Shown here: piece by piece, positions 53,601 through 62,086 of the stretch
Numbering within the stretch: the first letter of the stretch is position 1
How the letters are laid out: every line of letters begins with the position of its first letter
From: Clostridia bacterium
GTDB lineage: Bacteria > Bacillota > Clostridia > UMGS1883
Direction: 5' to 3'
Length of the DNA stretch: 64,000 nucleotides
Assembly: GCA_030527235.1 (NCBI GenBank)
Contig: JAUNBL010000004.1
Span: 13,932 to 77,931 of the forward strand
Made by a program: the position numbers and the translations under genes
Notes under the pieces: model-generated
Databases searched by the model: none
What the model was told of the DNA's origin: nothing
The model's input: the letters and a program-made list of their open reading frames with translations, nothing else

Positions 53601-56361
53601 TATGGTTCTTGAAATAAACGAAGCGACAGAGGCATTTAAGGCGGCATACGACTATACGATTTCCTTTAGCCTTGGCAGCGGAGCGTATTTCGAGGAGAAA
53701 AGCGTGAAGATTGCTTCTCAGCTTGACGAGCGAGTAGAAATACGCTATACTACAGATAACAGTACGCCCACGGCGACATCGCTGCTTTACGATGGTGAAA
53801 TACGTATTGGCAGCGGCATAACGTACATTGTGGCGCAGCAGTTTATAAAAGAGACAAAGGCAGCGATAGGCAGCTCTATATCGGCGAAGTATATCTGCGC
53901 TAACGGCGAGAATTTCGCATACAAAAAGACGGCGACCACCACAAACGCCATTTACAGCGGACAGGGACCGGATAAGGCGATTAACGGGAATACGGCTGAC
54001 CGCTTCTCTATCAAGGGCGGAACAAATCCTCAAATTTTGCAGATAGACTTGGGCGCCTTGTATACCTTCGATATGCTATATATCGACGAGTTTGTCGAAA
54101 CCTCGGAACAATACAGAGTGAAGAGCTACAAGCTTTATTACGATGACAACGGCGTCTGGAAAGAAGCTCACTCCTTTGACGGCAGCGAAACGGCAAACGA
54201 TGCGCTTTTAAGAGATAAGACTCAAAATCCTTCCAAGCACGCGTATCTTGGTGCAGTGTTTGGTGATGTGACAACCTCTAAGGTTAAATTGGAGGTTCAG
54301 GGTACAAAAGAAATCAGTCTCTGGGAGGTAGGCCTTTATAAGACCGTCGCCTCTCTCAAGGCATCTGACGCGGCATACCTTCTTAACGGCAAAATAGATA
54401 ACATATGTGATACGCAAACTCTTGAACAGTTGAATCTCGCCGAGACCGACGGCGTGCGCGTATTGTCGGCAGGGACGAATACTCTGGCGTACAGGCGCGG
54501 TCTTTACTACAACGATGTTATCACAAAGGTCAATGATATTTCGATAGCGGATGTTGCGCATCTGCGCGAAGTATACGGCAGCGTAGCCGATGGAACAACT
54601 GTGGCTCTGTGCGTTAATCGCGGCGGTGTGGAACAAACGCTTTTATACAAAAAGACTGCTGATGATATGAAGCTCATACAGCCCGAGGTAGTCGAGGCGG
54701 AGGACTGCACCTTGCTTTCGGGGTACGCAGCAGTGCAGAGAACGACTGACGGCGCGGTTATAAGCGGTGCGCGCAGCGGAGATTATCTCGTTTATGAAAA
54801 TGTACTTTTTACAAAAAGTCCCGAAAGGTGGCTGATACACGCATCGGCGGCAGAGGATTGCCAGGGAAGCATTAAGATTCGCATAGACGATTGGGACGGC
54901 TTGATTTTAGGCGAAGTCATTGTCAACGCCACCGCGGACGGCTATAAAACATTTGCCGTTAAAGCATCGCAGACAGCCGAGGGTGTCCACAATATGTATA
55001 TCGAGCTTGCAGAGGGCGTGAACGTAGACTGGATAGCCGGCGCCGACATGGGAGATGCAGAGCTTGAGGCGTTAATCGAATTGTGCGGACATAAGAACGC
55101 CCTCGCCTTTACCGCGCTGAGCTACAAAGCGTTTTATGACGTTTATGTAAGTGCAAAGGAGTTATCGGCGCGTCCGTCTTACAGCGCTGCCGATGCGCGC
55201 GAGATGATAAGCGCGCTTAACAGCGCCATCGCAGCGCTTGAGGAGCGCGGCAGCGAAACGCTTTACGCGCAAAACACTTATAACTACGCAGCGAACGCTT
55301 TAGAAACTGACTTGGAAAATCTTTCGGACAGCGATAAACAACGCGTGAAAGATGCTATGACGGAGCTTGTCGATGCACTGACGGCGCACGATACCAACGC
55401 GCAGGTTGACATTGATGCATATGCCGATGCTCTCATTGACGCGCTTAACGCTGTGAGCGGACTCACAGCGGACTACTTTGCAGAGGGCTTTGAAGACGGT
55501 TTTTCTCTCTGGACTGCCGGAGGAAAGCCTCTGCCCACGCCTGCATCTTCAACGCAGATTAAACGCAGCGGAGAGAGCGCGTATGTTGTTAACCAGGACT
55601 TTGAGTATATAGAAAAAACATTTACGGACTTAATGGAAAAAACTGCTTCCGTGTGGTTCTATGACGATATGTCCACAAGCAAGCGTTCGTTTGTATTTTG
55701 CGATGCCGGCACAAAGAGAGTTGGCATGGGAATCAACACCTCAACGTCTGAAACACATTACGCATACCGCGCAAGCCTTTCGTCCGTTTTGAGCTTTCAG
55801 ACGTCAAGCGTGGCGAGGTCTGTGGGCTGGCACGAAGCAAAGTTTGTATATGAAGGCGGAAAGTGCGTTATGTATATAGACGGTGAGCATATATACACGC
55901 TTGACGGAACGGAAGGCTTTTGCTATCTCGCCATGGGCGATTTCTGGGGAGATAATCTCGGCGCGCCTCCGCTTTATTTTGATGATGTTGCGATTTACGA
56001 TACAAGCGAATATATCGGGGATATGAAGGTAATCTTCACGTCTGACTCCGGCGGGGAAACGGATATTACGGGCAAAGGTCCTGTATACCTGAAGGGTGCG
56101 CAAAAGGGTAAGCTGCAATCTTCGCTGACGGTCATCAGCTTGGGAGATATGAAAGACGTCATGCTGATAACGGCGCTTTACCGTTCAGACACCTTGGCGG
56201 ACATTGTCCTGAACAAAGTGGAACTTAGATGGGGCGAGGAAGAAATAATAAAAACGCAGCTGGACATCGATATTCCCCCGGAGCACGATGATTACACGTT
56301 AGCCGTATTTCTTTGGTCTGCAAACGGTTCGCTGAAGCCGTATTACTTGAAAACGATGTAG
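50635..56361 (+). CDS. Giant secreted GH95-family glycoside hydrolase (alpha-L-fucosidase/galactosidase family) with FIVAR-like, CHB_HEX_C-like, F5/8-type-C (CBM32-like), PDZ-like, CBM6/35-like and LamG-like modules and a C-terminal beta-module
   Basis: 1908 aa with signal peptide MRLGKILQTPLSAILTLSVCLSAMA. GH95 blocks are VSGNGESGV, WTMDANVNLQ, PSYSPENAP and HRHLSHLYVAWPG. The accessory modules were read from the sequence pattern. Confidence 0.8.
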   Translation: MRLGKILQTPLSAILTLSVCLSAMATGGLCAQKTTEDEGEFIIYSNVFYAPGSDNRNWCEGMVSGNGESGVITSGVPYSDTLIYQNISFNMPNNNYREVMPGMSEELEESRAAVINRDTSWNYNGRSRQRYYTFHPAHELRITTEEQAYSNYKRWTNYESAEVGVSYSDAYGSWERTTFTSRADDVTITRIGKSSANRKVDITLSIDNLSDLRGFGSGYEKNLAYKKIVSPNNDYIALVAHYPVTERGVLYHNAGYAGVTQVIAIGGTKEKVSLSGTKESQNVGSEANPAIKISGAEAVYLITRADNSFTMGKMSSFPSTQTYDLVNDLFAQTDAVVKKYTFGGLFDYDKALAAHVALHKPEFDNVKIDLNSTAADRALSNEELIAKQKSSSELNAAFVERAYYAGRYAQLCCAGYSTSRLGGMWTGEWNSPWGGLWTMDANVNLQVSALNTGNISFSPIGYISFILRQVGDWQTNAEKIYGMHDAILSPHNTDGESAFMIQSDASYPLQYWNASASWMLLPIYEYWQCYGNSHIPIPKEVDLHKIKGILGVNDGGLSEAQVDALIQRGYLDLEVDILLPLLIKQSNFWEQLCTPEYYTDANGNHKYTKDKTKLEAGERYLIIPSYSPENAPSGSYNRPTALNATMDIAAARDGLDMAIALEKAVNGEANNDNIARWKALKEKLPEYQLDGEVGSATTSTGGGGALREWATQTYTERNGHRHLSHLYVAWPGYETKTDEWLYTAAVLALQNRLRLNSGDATTGHGWIHQSLVAARLGNKDIVDANMKTLMKSNIYFTSMMTDHNTNRGSNAYCTDTLIGMTGVINESLVYSNTGEIEVLPTLLDTWKTGSISGIRARTRALINKLEWDMDQGAVKVEITSDENQEIKLSSGETWYSASVQGCDAVVNAQEEITLKMQAGETAFITLYGFVSDKATLQSKITQAQAELESKSADSYALKKAAVNAAFEQVITKAQALYNRSDASADDITAMVLEINEATEAFKAAYDYTISFSLGSGAYFEEKSVKIASQLDERVEIRYTTDNSTPTATSLLYDGEIRIGSGITYIVAQQFIKETKAAIGSSISAKYICANGENFAYKKTATTTNAIYSGQGPDKAINGNTADRFSIKGGTNPQILQIDLGALYTFDMLYIDEFVETSEQYRVKSYKLYYDDNGVWKEAHSFDGSETANDALLRDKTQNPSKHAYLGAVFGDVTTSKVKLEVQGTKEISLWEVGLYKTVASLKASDAAYLLNGKIDNICDTQTLEQLNLAETDGVRVLSAGTNTLAYRRGLYYNDVITKVNDISIADVAHLREVYGSVADGTTVALCVNRGGVEQTLLYKKTADDMKLIQPEVVEAEDCTLLSGYAAVQRTTDGAVISGARSGDYLVYENVLFTKSPERWLIHASAAEDCQGSIKIRIDDWDGLILGEVIVNATADGYKTFAVKASQTAEGVHNMYIELAEGVNVDWIAGADMGDAELEALIELCGHKNALAFTALSYKAFYDVYVSAKELSARPSYSAADAREMISALNSAIAALEERGSETLYAQNTYNYAANALETDLENLSDSDKQRVKDAMTELVDALTAHDTNAQVDIDAYADALIDALNAVSGLTADYFAEGFEDGFSLWTAGGKPLPTPASSTQIKRSGESAYVVNQDFEYIEKTFTDLMEKTASVWFYDDMSTSKRSFVFCDAGTKRVGMGINTSTSETHYAYRASLSSVLSFQTSSVARSVGWHEAKFVYEGGKCVMYIDGEHIYTLDGTEGFCYLAMGDFWGDNLGAPPLYFDDVAIYDTSEYIGDMKVIFTSDSGGETDITGKGPVYLKGAQKGKLQSSLTVISLGDMKDVMLITALYRSDTLADIVLNKVELRWGEEEIIKTQLDIDIPPEHDDYTLAVFLWSANGSLKPYYLKTM

Positions 56362-56399
56362 AGCAGGTTAAACACACTGCAAAACGAGGTGGAAAAATA

Positions 56400-57140
56400 A
56401 TGGTGAGAATCCACATGTGCGGTCTTACAAAAAATACGGCGGCATGGCAGCAGAAAAGACGGCTTGTTACGCACACCTACTTTTGGTATGTAATAGGAGG
56501 AAACGCCAAGTATAAAAGCGATACCGAGGAAGTCACGATTGTTCCCGGGCATCTGTACGTGACGCCGTGTAATACGGTATTTGAAATAGTGCAAGACCCG
56601 AACGACATGATAGACCATATGTGGTACGTTGCCTACGGCGTTCATGACCTTCCGCGGCACGTTCTTGACATAGATATTGAAAAGGCGCCGCTTATCAAGG
56701 CGGTAGTCGTGGCGCTTATCCGCCTGACATGCGCAAAAAACGTGTCGCAAAGCACACGCGCACAGCAGCTTGACGTTCTGATATCTCTTTTGCCCAGAGA
56801 AAAAAACATCAGCAAAGAAGTTGAGCAGATAATAAACTATATAAACGGCAATATCAATGAGAAATTCAACATTCACAGTCTCAGCAAGCGCTTTGGCTAT
56901 GAGCGGAGTTATATAGGCCGATTGTTCAAGAAGCATGTGAATATTCCGCTGAACGAGTATATCTTTACAGTGCGCATGGAAAAGGCCTGTGCTCTGCTGA
57001 TGGAGAACGAAAAGGTCGGCGCTGTGGCAAAAAGCGTGGGGTACAGCGATGTGAAGGCGTTTTCACGGGCGTTTCGGCGTTTCATGAGAATGTCACCTAT
57101 GGATTACAAAAACTCGCAGGCAGAGGCCAGTTCGGTATGA
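56400..57140 (+). CDS. AraC-family transcriptional regulator
   Basis: The C-terminal dual HTH is FNIHSLSKRFGYERSYIGRLFKK...VGYSDVKAFSRAFRRFMRMSPMDYK. ATG 56400 follows GAGGTGG; the track starts at 56313, inside the GH95 gene. Confidence 0.85.
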   Translation: MVRIHMCGLTKNTAAWQQKRRLVTHTYFWYVIGGNAKYKSDTEEVTIVPGHLYVTPCNTVFEIVQDPNDMIDHMWYVAYGVHDLPRHVLDIDIEKAPLIKAVVVALIRLTCAKNVSQSTRAQQLDVLISLLPREKNISKEVEQIINYINGNINEKFNIHSLSKRFGYERSYIGRLFKKHVNIPLNEYIFTVRMEKACALLMENEKVGAVAKSVGYSDVKAFSRAFRRFMRMSPMDYKNSQAEASSV

Positions 57141-57223
57141 TATAAAATACTCTTCAAAAAATCCTTTACTTTTTCCAGCCGTGGGAGTACAATAAATGGA
57201 GAAAAAACGGAAGGGTGATTTCT

Positions 57224-58234
57224 ATGAATATTTTACTTACCGGCGGAGCGGGTTATATAGGCTCGCACACCTGCATCGAGGTTCTTGCGTCAGGGCATGA
57301 TGTAGTCATAGCCGATAACTTTTCAAACGCAAAGCCGGAGGCGCTCAACCGCATCAGAGAAATATCGGGAAGGAATTTCAAATTTTATGAGGCCGATGTG
57401 GCGGACGCTGCGGCCATGGACAAGGTTTTTTCGGAAAACAAGATTGACGCGGTTATCCATTTCGCGGGGTACAAGGCTGTCGGCGAAAGCGTTGAAAAGC
57501 CGGTTATGTATTACCGAAACAACATTGACTCCACGCTTACTTTGTTGGAGGTTATGAAGAAGCACGGCGTTAACATGTTTGTTTTCAGTTCTTCCGCGAC
57601 TGTGTACGGTGTCCCCAAAACTGTGCCGCTTGTGGAAGACATGCCCACTGGCTGCACAAATCCCTACGGCTGGACTAAGCTCATGATAGAACAAATTTTA
57701 ACAGACGCAGCCAAGGCCGATGACAAGCTTTCGGTTGTCCTGCTGCGCTATTTTAACCCTATCGGCGCGCACGAAAGCGGACGGATAGGCGAGGACCCCA
57801 ACGGAATCCCCAACAATCTTATGCCGTATATCACACAGGTCGCCATCGGCAAACTGCCTGAGCTTGGCGTGTTCGGGAACGACTATCCTACTGCTGACGG
57901 AACCGGGGTTCGCGACTATATTCATGTCGTTGACCTTGCGAAAGGGCATGTGGCGGCAATTGACTACGCTGCGAAAAACAGCGGCGTTGAAATTTTCAAC
58001 CTCGGAACCGGCGTGGGCTACAGTGTGCTTGACATTGTGCATGCTTTTGAGACGGCGAATAATCTTAAAATTCCCTACTCCATAAAGCCGCGCCGCGCGG
58101 GAGATATTGCCAAATGTTACGCGAATCCGAAGAAAGCGGAACAGCTGCTGCATTGGAAAGCTGAAAAATCGCTTGAGGATATGTGCCGCGATTCCTGGAG
58201 ATGGCAGAGTTCAAACCCGAAAGGTCTTGAATAA
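57224..58234 (+). CDS. galE: UDP-glucose 4-epimerase
   Basis: Blocks are MNILLTGGAGYIGSH, SSSATVYG and YGWTK (YxxxK). Confidence 0.9.
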   Translation: MNILLTGGAGYIGSHTCIEVLASGHDVVIADNFSNAKPEALNRIREISGRNFKFYEADVADAAAMDKVFSENKIDAVIHFAGYKAVGESVEKPVMYYRNNIDSTLTLLEVMKKHGVNMFVFSSSATVYGVPKTVPLVEDMPTGCTNPYGWTKLMIEQILTDAAKADDKLSVVLLRYFNPIGAHESGRIGEDPNGIPNNLMPYITQVAIGKLPELGVFGNDYPTADGTGVRDYIHVVDLAKGHVAAIDYAAKNSGVEIFNLGTGVGYSVLDIVHAFETANNLKIPYSIKPRRAGDIAKCYANPKKAEQLLHWKAEKSLEDMCRDSWRWQSSNPKGLE

Positions 58235-58274
58235 TTAAACAAGCTTTAGCATATCAATTAACGGGTGATGTTTT

Positions 58275-59177
58275 ATGAAGAAACTGCTCGTGTTGATATG
58301 CTTTTTTGTTTTTGCCGTTACTTTGATTCCCCTTTTCGTAATACATACAAAAGCAGATGAGCAGAAAATCAAGGTCCTTTTTACGGACACCAACGAAACG
58401 CGCGAAGTGAATTTAGAAGAATATCTCGTAGGCGTTGTCTGCGCGGAAATGCCGGCCTCTTTTGAGACAGAGGCCCTTCGTGCACAGGCTGTCGCCGCAA
58501 GGACATACTGCGTGAAAAAGCGCGCCGACAATTCTCCGCACGAGGGCGGGGCGGACGTTTGCAGCAATCCCTCGCACTGTAAAGCCTATACTTCGCGCGA
58601 GAATTATACCGGAGGCGATGAAAATTACGAGAAAATACGCGCCGCAGTACGCGACACTGCGGGCGAGATTCTCGTCTACGACGGAGAGCCGATTCTCGCC
58701 GCCTTTCACTCCTCCAGCGGCGGCCGCACAGAAGCCGCAAAAGAAGTGTGGGGTGGGGAATATCCTTACCTTGTGAGCGTGGAAAGCGCAGGCGAAGAGG
58801 CTGACAGCGGCTACAGAGATAAAATTGAAATGCCGTTCACGGAATTTCGCGACAAGCTGCTTTTATCAAATAATGCGGTCGTACTGAATTCTCCTGCGGA
58901 CATCAGCGCGCCGAGCTTCACCGCAGGCGGCGATGTTGCGGACATAGCCATAGGCGGGCAGTCGTTTTCGGGCGGTGAAATACGTTTGATATTTAATCTG
59001 AAAAGCGCTTGCTTTACAATCAACGCTACAAACGAAACTGTAGTAATCGAAACCATCGGCTACGGCCACGGCGTAGGAATGAGTCAGTACGGCGCAAACG
59101 CAATGGCAAAAGAAGGTAAAAGCAAGGTGGACATTCTCACCCACTACTACAGCGGCTGCAAAATCAAAAAGTTATAG
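58275..59177 (+). CDS. spoIID: Stage II sporulation protein D (lytic transglycosylase)
   Basis: 300 aa with an N-terminal TM segment. Blocks are EALRAQAVAARTY, FHSSSGGRTE and GYGHGVGMSQYGA. It is followed by an M23 gene. Confidence 0.8.
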   Translation: MKKLLVLICFFVFAVTLIPLFVIHTKADEQKIKVLFTDTNETREVNLEEYLVGVVCAEMPASFETEALRAQAVAARTYCVKKRADNSPHEGGADVCSNPSHCKAYTSRENYTGGDENYEKIRAAVRDTAGEILVYDGEPILAAFHSSSGGRTEAAKEVWGGEYPYLVSVESAGEEADSGYRDKIEMPFTEFRDKLLLSNNAVVLNSPADISAPSFTAGGDVADIAIGGQSFSGGEIRLIFNLKSACFTINATNETVVIETIGYGHGVGMSQYGANAMAKEGKSKVDILTHYYSGCKIKKL

Positions 59178-59227
59178 GTATGTAATTATTGCTGTACGGG
59201 AAAAATATCACCGAAAGGGTGATATTT

Positions 59228-59857
59228 GTGAAAAAGGCTGTTCTGCGAGTATATCTCGTGCTTATGACGCTTTCGGCGGTGGCATTCCTCTGCGCCATTC
59301 CGAGAGTAAACGCACCTCAAAAAAGCATTGATGACCTTCCCGCCGCACACGAGGAGACTTCTGTCCCTGTTGAAACAACGCCGACAGAGGCGCCTGAGCT
59401 CGTAAAAAAAGAAGCCGCTCCCCCGCACGCTCCGCAAACCGAAGCTGTTCCGATTACAAGTCTTTTAATGCCGGTTAACGGCGAAGTCATTACAACTTTT
59501 TCAAAAACGCCGATATACTCCGAAACAATGGGAGACTGGCGGGCGCATTTGGGAATTGACATTCGCGCTCCGAAAACATATCGGGTATACGCGGCGGCAA
59601 AGGGTACAATTACAAAAGTCTACACCGACCCTTCCTGGGGCATCACGGTGGAAATTGAACACGCCGGCGCTCTTCGAACCGTGTACAAAAATCTTTCGAC
59701 CGATATAATGGCAAAAGAGGGCGACAATGTCGAGGCTGGCGACGCGATAAGCGGAGTAGGAGACAGCGCCGCAATAGAAAGCGCGCTGCTGCCGCATTTG
59801 CATTTTGAGGTTTACAAGGACGGTGAAGCCGTTGACCCGCAGTCGTATTTTAATTGA
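59228..59857 (+). CDS. M23/LytM-family metallopeptidase, SpoIIQ-like by position
   Basis: GTG 59228 follows GAAAGGGTG; the track starts at a TTG at 59189. The TM anchor is LRVYLVLMTLSAVAFLCAI. The catalytic motifs HLGID (HxxxD) and HLHFEV (HxH) are intact. Confidence 0.75.
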   Translation: MKKAVLRVYLVLMTLSAVAFLCAIPRVNAPQKSIDDLPAAHEETSVPVETTPTEAPELVKKEAAPPHAPQTEAVPITSLLMPVNGEVITTFSKTPIYSETMGDWRAHLGIDIRAPKTYRVYAAAKGTITKVYTDPSWGITVEIEHAGALRTVYKNLSTDIMAKEGDNVEAGDAISGVGDSAAIESALLPHLHFEVYKDGEAVDPQSYFN

Positions 59858-59898
59858 CTAATTGAAGTCGTATTTTAATTGACTAATTGACTAATTGA
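59841..59898. repeat. Perfect 25-bp tandem duplication (2 copies plus an 8-bp partial), containing five TAATTGA(C/A) sub-repeats
   Basis: agtcgtattttaattgactaattga occurs at 59841-65 and again at 59866-90, followed by ctaattga. Copy 1 carries the last codons and stop of the M23 gene. Confidence 0.95.
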
Positions 59899-59923
59899 CA
59901 ATCTCAAACTTTCGTTATACAAT
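59895..59923 (+). promoter_or_regulatory. Candidate promoter of trxB
   Basis: TTGACA (59895-59900, formed by the last sub-repeat), 17-nt spacer, TACAAT (59918-23). Confidence 0.55.
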
Positions 59924-59956
59924 GATAAGGACAAAACCATTTTGGAGGCTTTCTTA

Positions 59957-60862
59957 ATGTATGATGTAATTATAATCGGCGGCGGCCCTGCCGGACTCAC
60001 CTGTGCAATTTACTGCGCGCGCAACAACCTAAACACGCTTGTGCTTGAGCGCGCGTTTACCGGCGGCCAGGCGGCGACAACTCATGAAATAGAAAACTAT
60101 CCCGGTTTTGAAGAGCCTATAGGCGGCCTGGATTTCGCGGACAGGCTTCACAAGCAGGCGGAGAGGCTCGGTGCGCATATTCGCTACGAAAGCGTTACAG
60201 AGGTATCTGCTTCGGAAACCGTCAAGCGCGTAAAGACAGACGGCGATATTTACGAGTGCAGCGCGCTAATTCTTGCAACAGGCGCGTCGCCGCGTCGTTT
60301 GGGGCTTGAAAATGAGGACAAGCTTCGCGGCATGGGTGTGAGCTATTGCGCCACGTGCGACGGAATGTTTTTCAAAAACCGCTCTGTTGCCGTCGTAGGA
60401 GGAGGAGATACGGCGGTAGAGGATGCAATTTTCCTTTCAAACATCGCCGCCAAGGTATATCTCATACATCGGCGCGATACGTTTCGAGCCGCTCCGCGGC
60501 GCGTAGATTTACTCAGACAAAAGAAAAACGTGGAGTTTATTACGGGCAGCGTAATAACGAAGCTCGGCGAAGGAATTGACGTTTTGGAATATATTGAACT
60601 TAATTCTAATCGGAGAGTTGACGTAAACGCTCTTTTTATTGCAGTTGGCACGGTTCCCGAAACAAAGTTTTTGAAGGGCGTCGTTTCGCTTACGGAGGAT
60701 GGATATATTATGACCGACGAACACATGAAAACCTCTGTAAGCGGCGTTTTCGCCTGCGGCGATGCGAGAAAAAAGCCGCTTCGCCAAATAGTTACTGCCG
60801 CGAGCGATGGAGCGATTGCAGCATTTTTTGCTTCGCAATATATCCTTGAGAGGGCAAATTAA
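59957..60862 (+). CDS. trxB: Thioredoxin-disulfide reductase
   Basis: Blocks are MYDVIIIGGGPAG, the redox CATCDG motif, and VVGGGDTAVEDA. The track starts at 59942. Confidence 0.9.
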   Translation: MYDVIIIGGGPAGLTCAIYCARNNLNTLVLERAFTGGQAATTHEIENYPGFEEPIGGLDFADRLHKQAERLGAHIRYESVTEVSASETVKRVKTDGDIYECSALILATGASPRRLGLENEDKLRGMGVSYCATCDGMFFKNRSVAVVGGGDTAVEDAIFLSNIAAKVYLIHRRDTFRAAPRRVDLLRQKKNVEFITGSVITKLGEGIDVLEYIELNSNRRVDVNALFIAVGTVPETKFLKGVVSLTEDGYIMTDEHMKTSVSGVFACGDARKKPLRQIVTAASDGAIAAFFASQYILERAN

Positions 60863-60885
60863 GCCCAGAAGAAAGGAAACTTAGT

Positions 60886-62055
60886 ATGCGCCTTATAAAA
60901 AACGGCATTGTCCTCACCATGGAGGGCGATACATACGAAAACGGCTTCGTTATAACCAACGGGAAACTGATTCACGCTGTCGGCGGCATGGAGAGTCTGC
61001 CTTCGATGGAGTTTGAATCAGAGTTTGATGCCTGCGGAGGTTACATCGTACCCGGATTTGTGGACGCGCACTCGCATATCGGCATGTGGGAAGACTCGCA
61101 CTCAATAGAGTGTGACGACGGAAACGACGACATGGAGCCGATAATGCCGCAGCTGCGCGCCATAGACGCGGCAAATCCTTTTGATTTTGCGTTTCGCGAA
61201 GCGGCCGCCGCGGGCGTAAGCTGCACTGTTACTGGGCCTGGCAGCGCAAACCCTATCGGCGGGCAAATGGTGGCAATGAAAACTTTCGGCCGCCGAATAG
61301 ACGATATGGCCGTGAAAAGCTGCGCCGCGATGAAATTCGCGTTCGGGGAAAATCCAAAAAGCTGTCATGACGATAAACACGACGGGCCTACGACAAGAAT
61401 GGGAACGGCGGCTCTCATCCGTGAGGCTCTCTTTAAGGCGCGCGAATATGGCGAGAAGAAACGCCTTTATGCGGAAAACCCCGATGAGAACGATAAGCCG
61501 GATTTTGATTTTTCGCTTGAGGCGCTCTTGCCGTGTCTGGACGGTAAAATGATTGTCAAGGCTCACGCGCACCGTGCAGATGATATCTTTACCGCAATCA
61601 GGATAAAAAACGAATTCGGACTGAAGATGAGCATAGAACACTGCACTGACGGACATCTTATCGCCGACCTGCTTGCAGAGGAGGGCGTTGGCGCCTGTGT
61701 GGGGCCGTCGCTTACAGACCGCTCAAAATCCGAGCTTTCAAATCTTTCATTTAGAACGGCATCTGCTCTCTCACAAGCAAATGTGCGCGTTGCCATTATA
61801 ACAGACCACCCGGAAATTCCGCAAAAACTGCTTCCGCTTTGCGCGGCAATGGCAGTTAAGGCGGGAATGCACAGAAACGCCGCCCTGCGTGCGATAACGA
61901 TAGATGCAGCGCGCCTGTGCGGGATTGACGCTTTTGTCGGCTCGCTGAAGGCGGGTAAGGATGCGGACGTATCAGTGTTCGACGGTTATCCCGTTGACTT
62001 TAACTCAAGACCCGTATACCTGATGCAAAACGGCGTTCCGCTCGATATTCTGTAA
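60886..62055 (+). CDS. Metal-dependent amidohydrolase-superfamily protein
   Basis: 389 aa. GFVDAHSHIGMWED (HxH metal site) is near the N-terminus and KAGKDADVSVFD is near the C-terminus. Confidence 0.7.
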   Translation: MRLIKNGIVLTMEGDTYENGFVITNGKLIHAVGGMESLPSMEFESEFDACGGYIVPGFVDAHSHIGMWEDSHSIECDDGNDDMEPIMPQLRAIDAANPFDFAFREAAAAGVSCTVTGPGSANPIGGQMVAMKTFGRRIDDMAVKSCAAMKFAFGENPKSCHDDKHDGPTTRMGTAALIREALFKAREYGEKKRLYAENPDENDKPDFDFSLEALLPCLDGKMIVKAHAHRADDIFTAIRIKNEFGLKMSIEHCTDGHLIADLLAEEGVGACVGPSLTDRSKSELSNLSFRTASALSQANVRVAIITDHPEIPQKLLPLCAAMAVKAGMHRNAALRAITIDAARLCGIDAFVGSLKAGKDADVSVFDGYPVDFNSRPVYLMQNGVPLDIL

Positions 62056-62086
62056 CAAAAAAACGCGTGCGAAAGGCGGTGATGAC

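Noticed and set aside
52033-54033. Two long minus-strand ORFs (301 and 335 aa) inside the GH95 gene
   Set aside because: They are fully antisense to a CDS with strong family motifs. Their products are Arg/Cys-rich and low-complexity-like, and neither has an RBS. These are typical shadow ORFs of a GC-rich coding strand.
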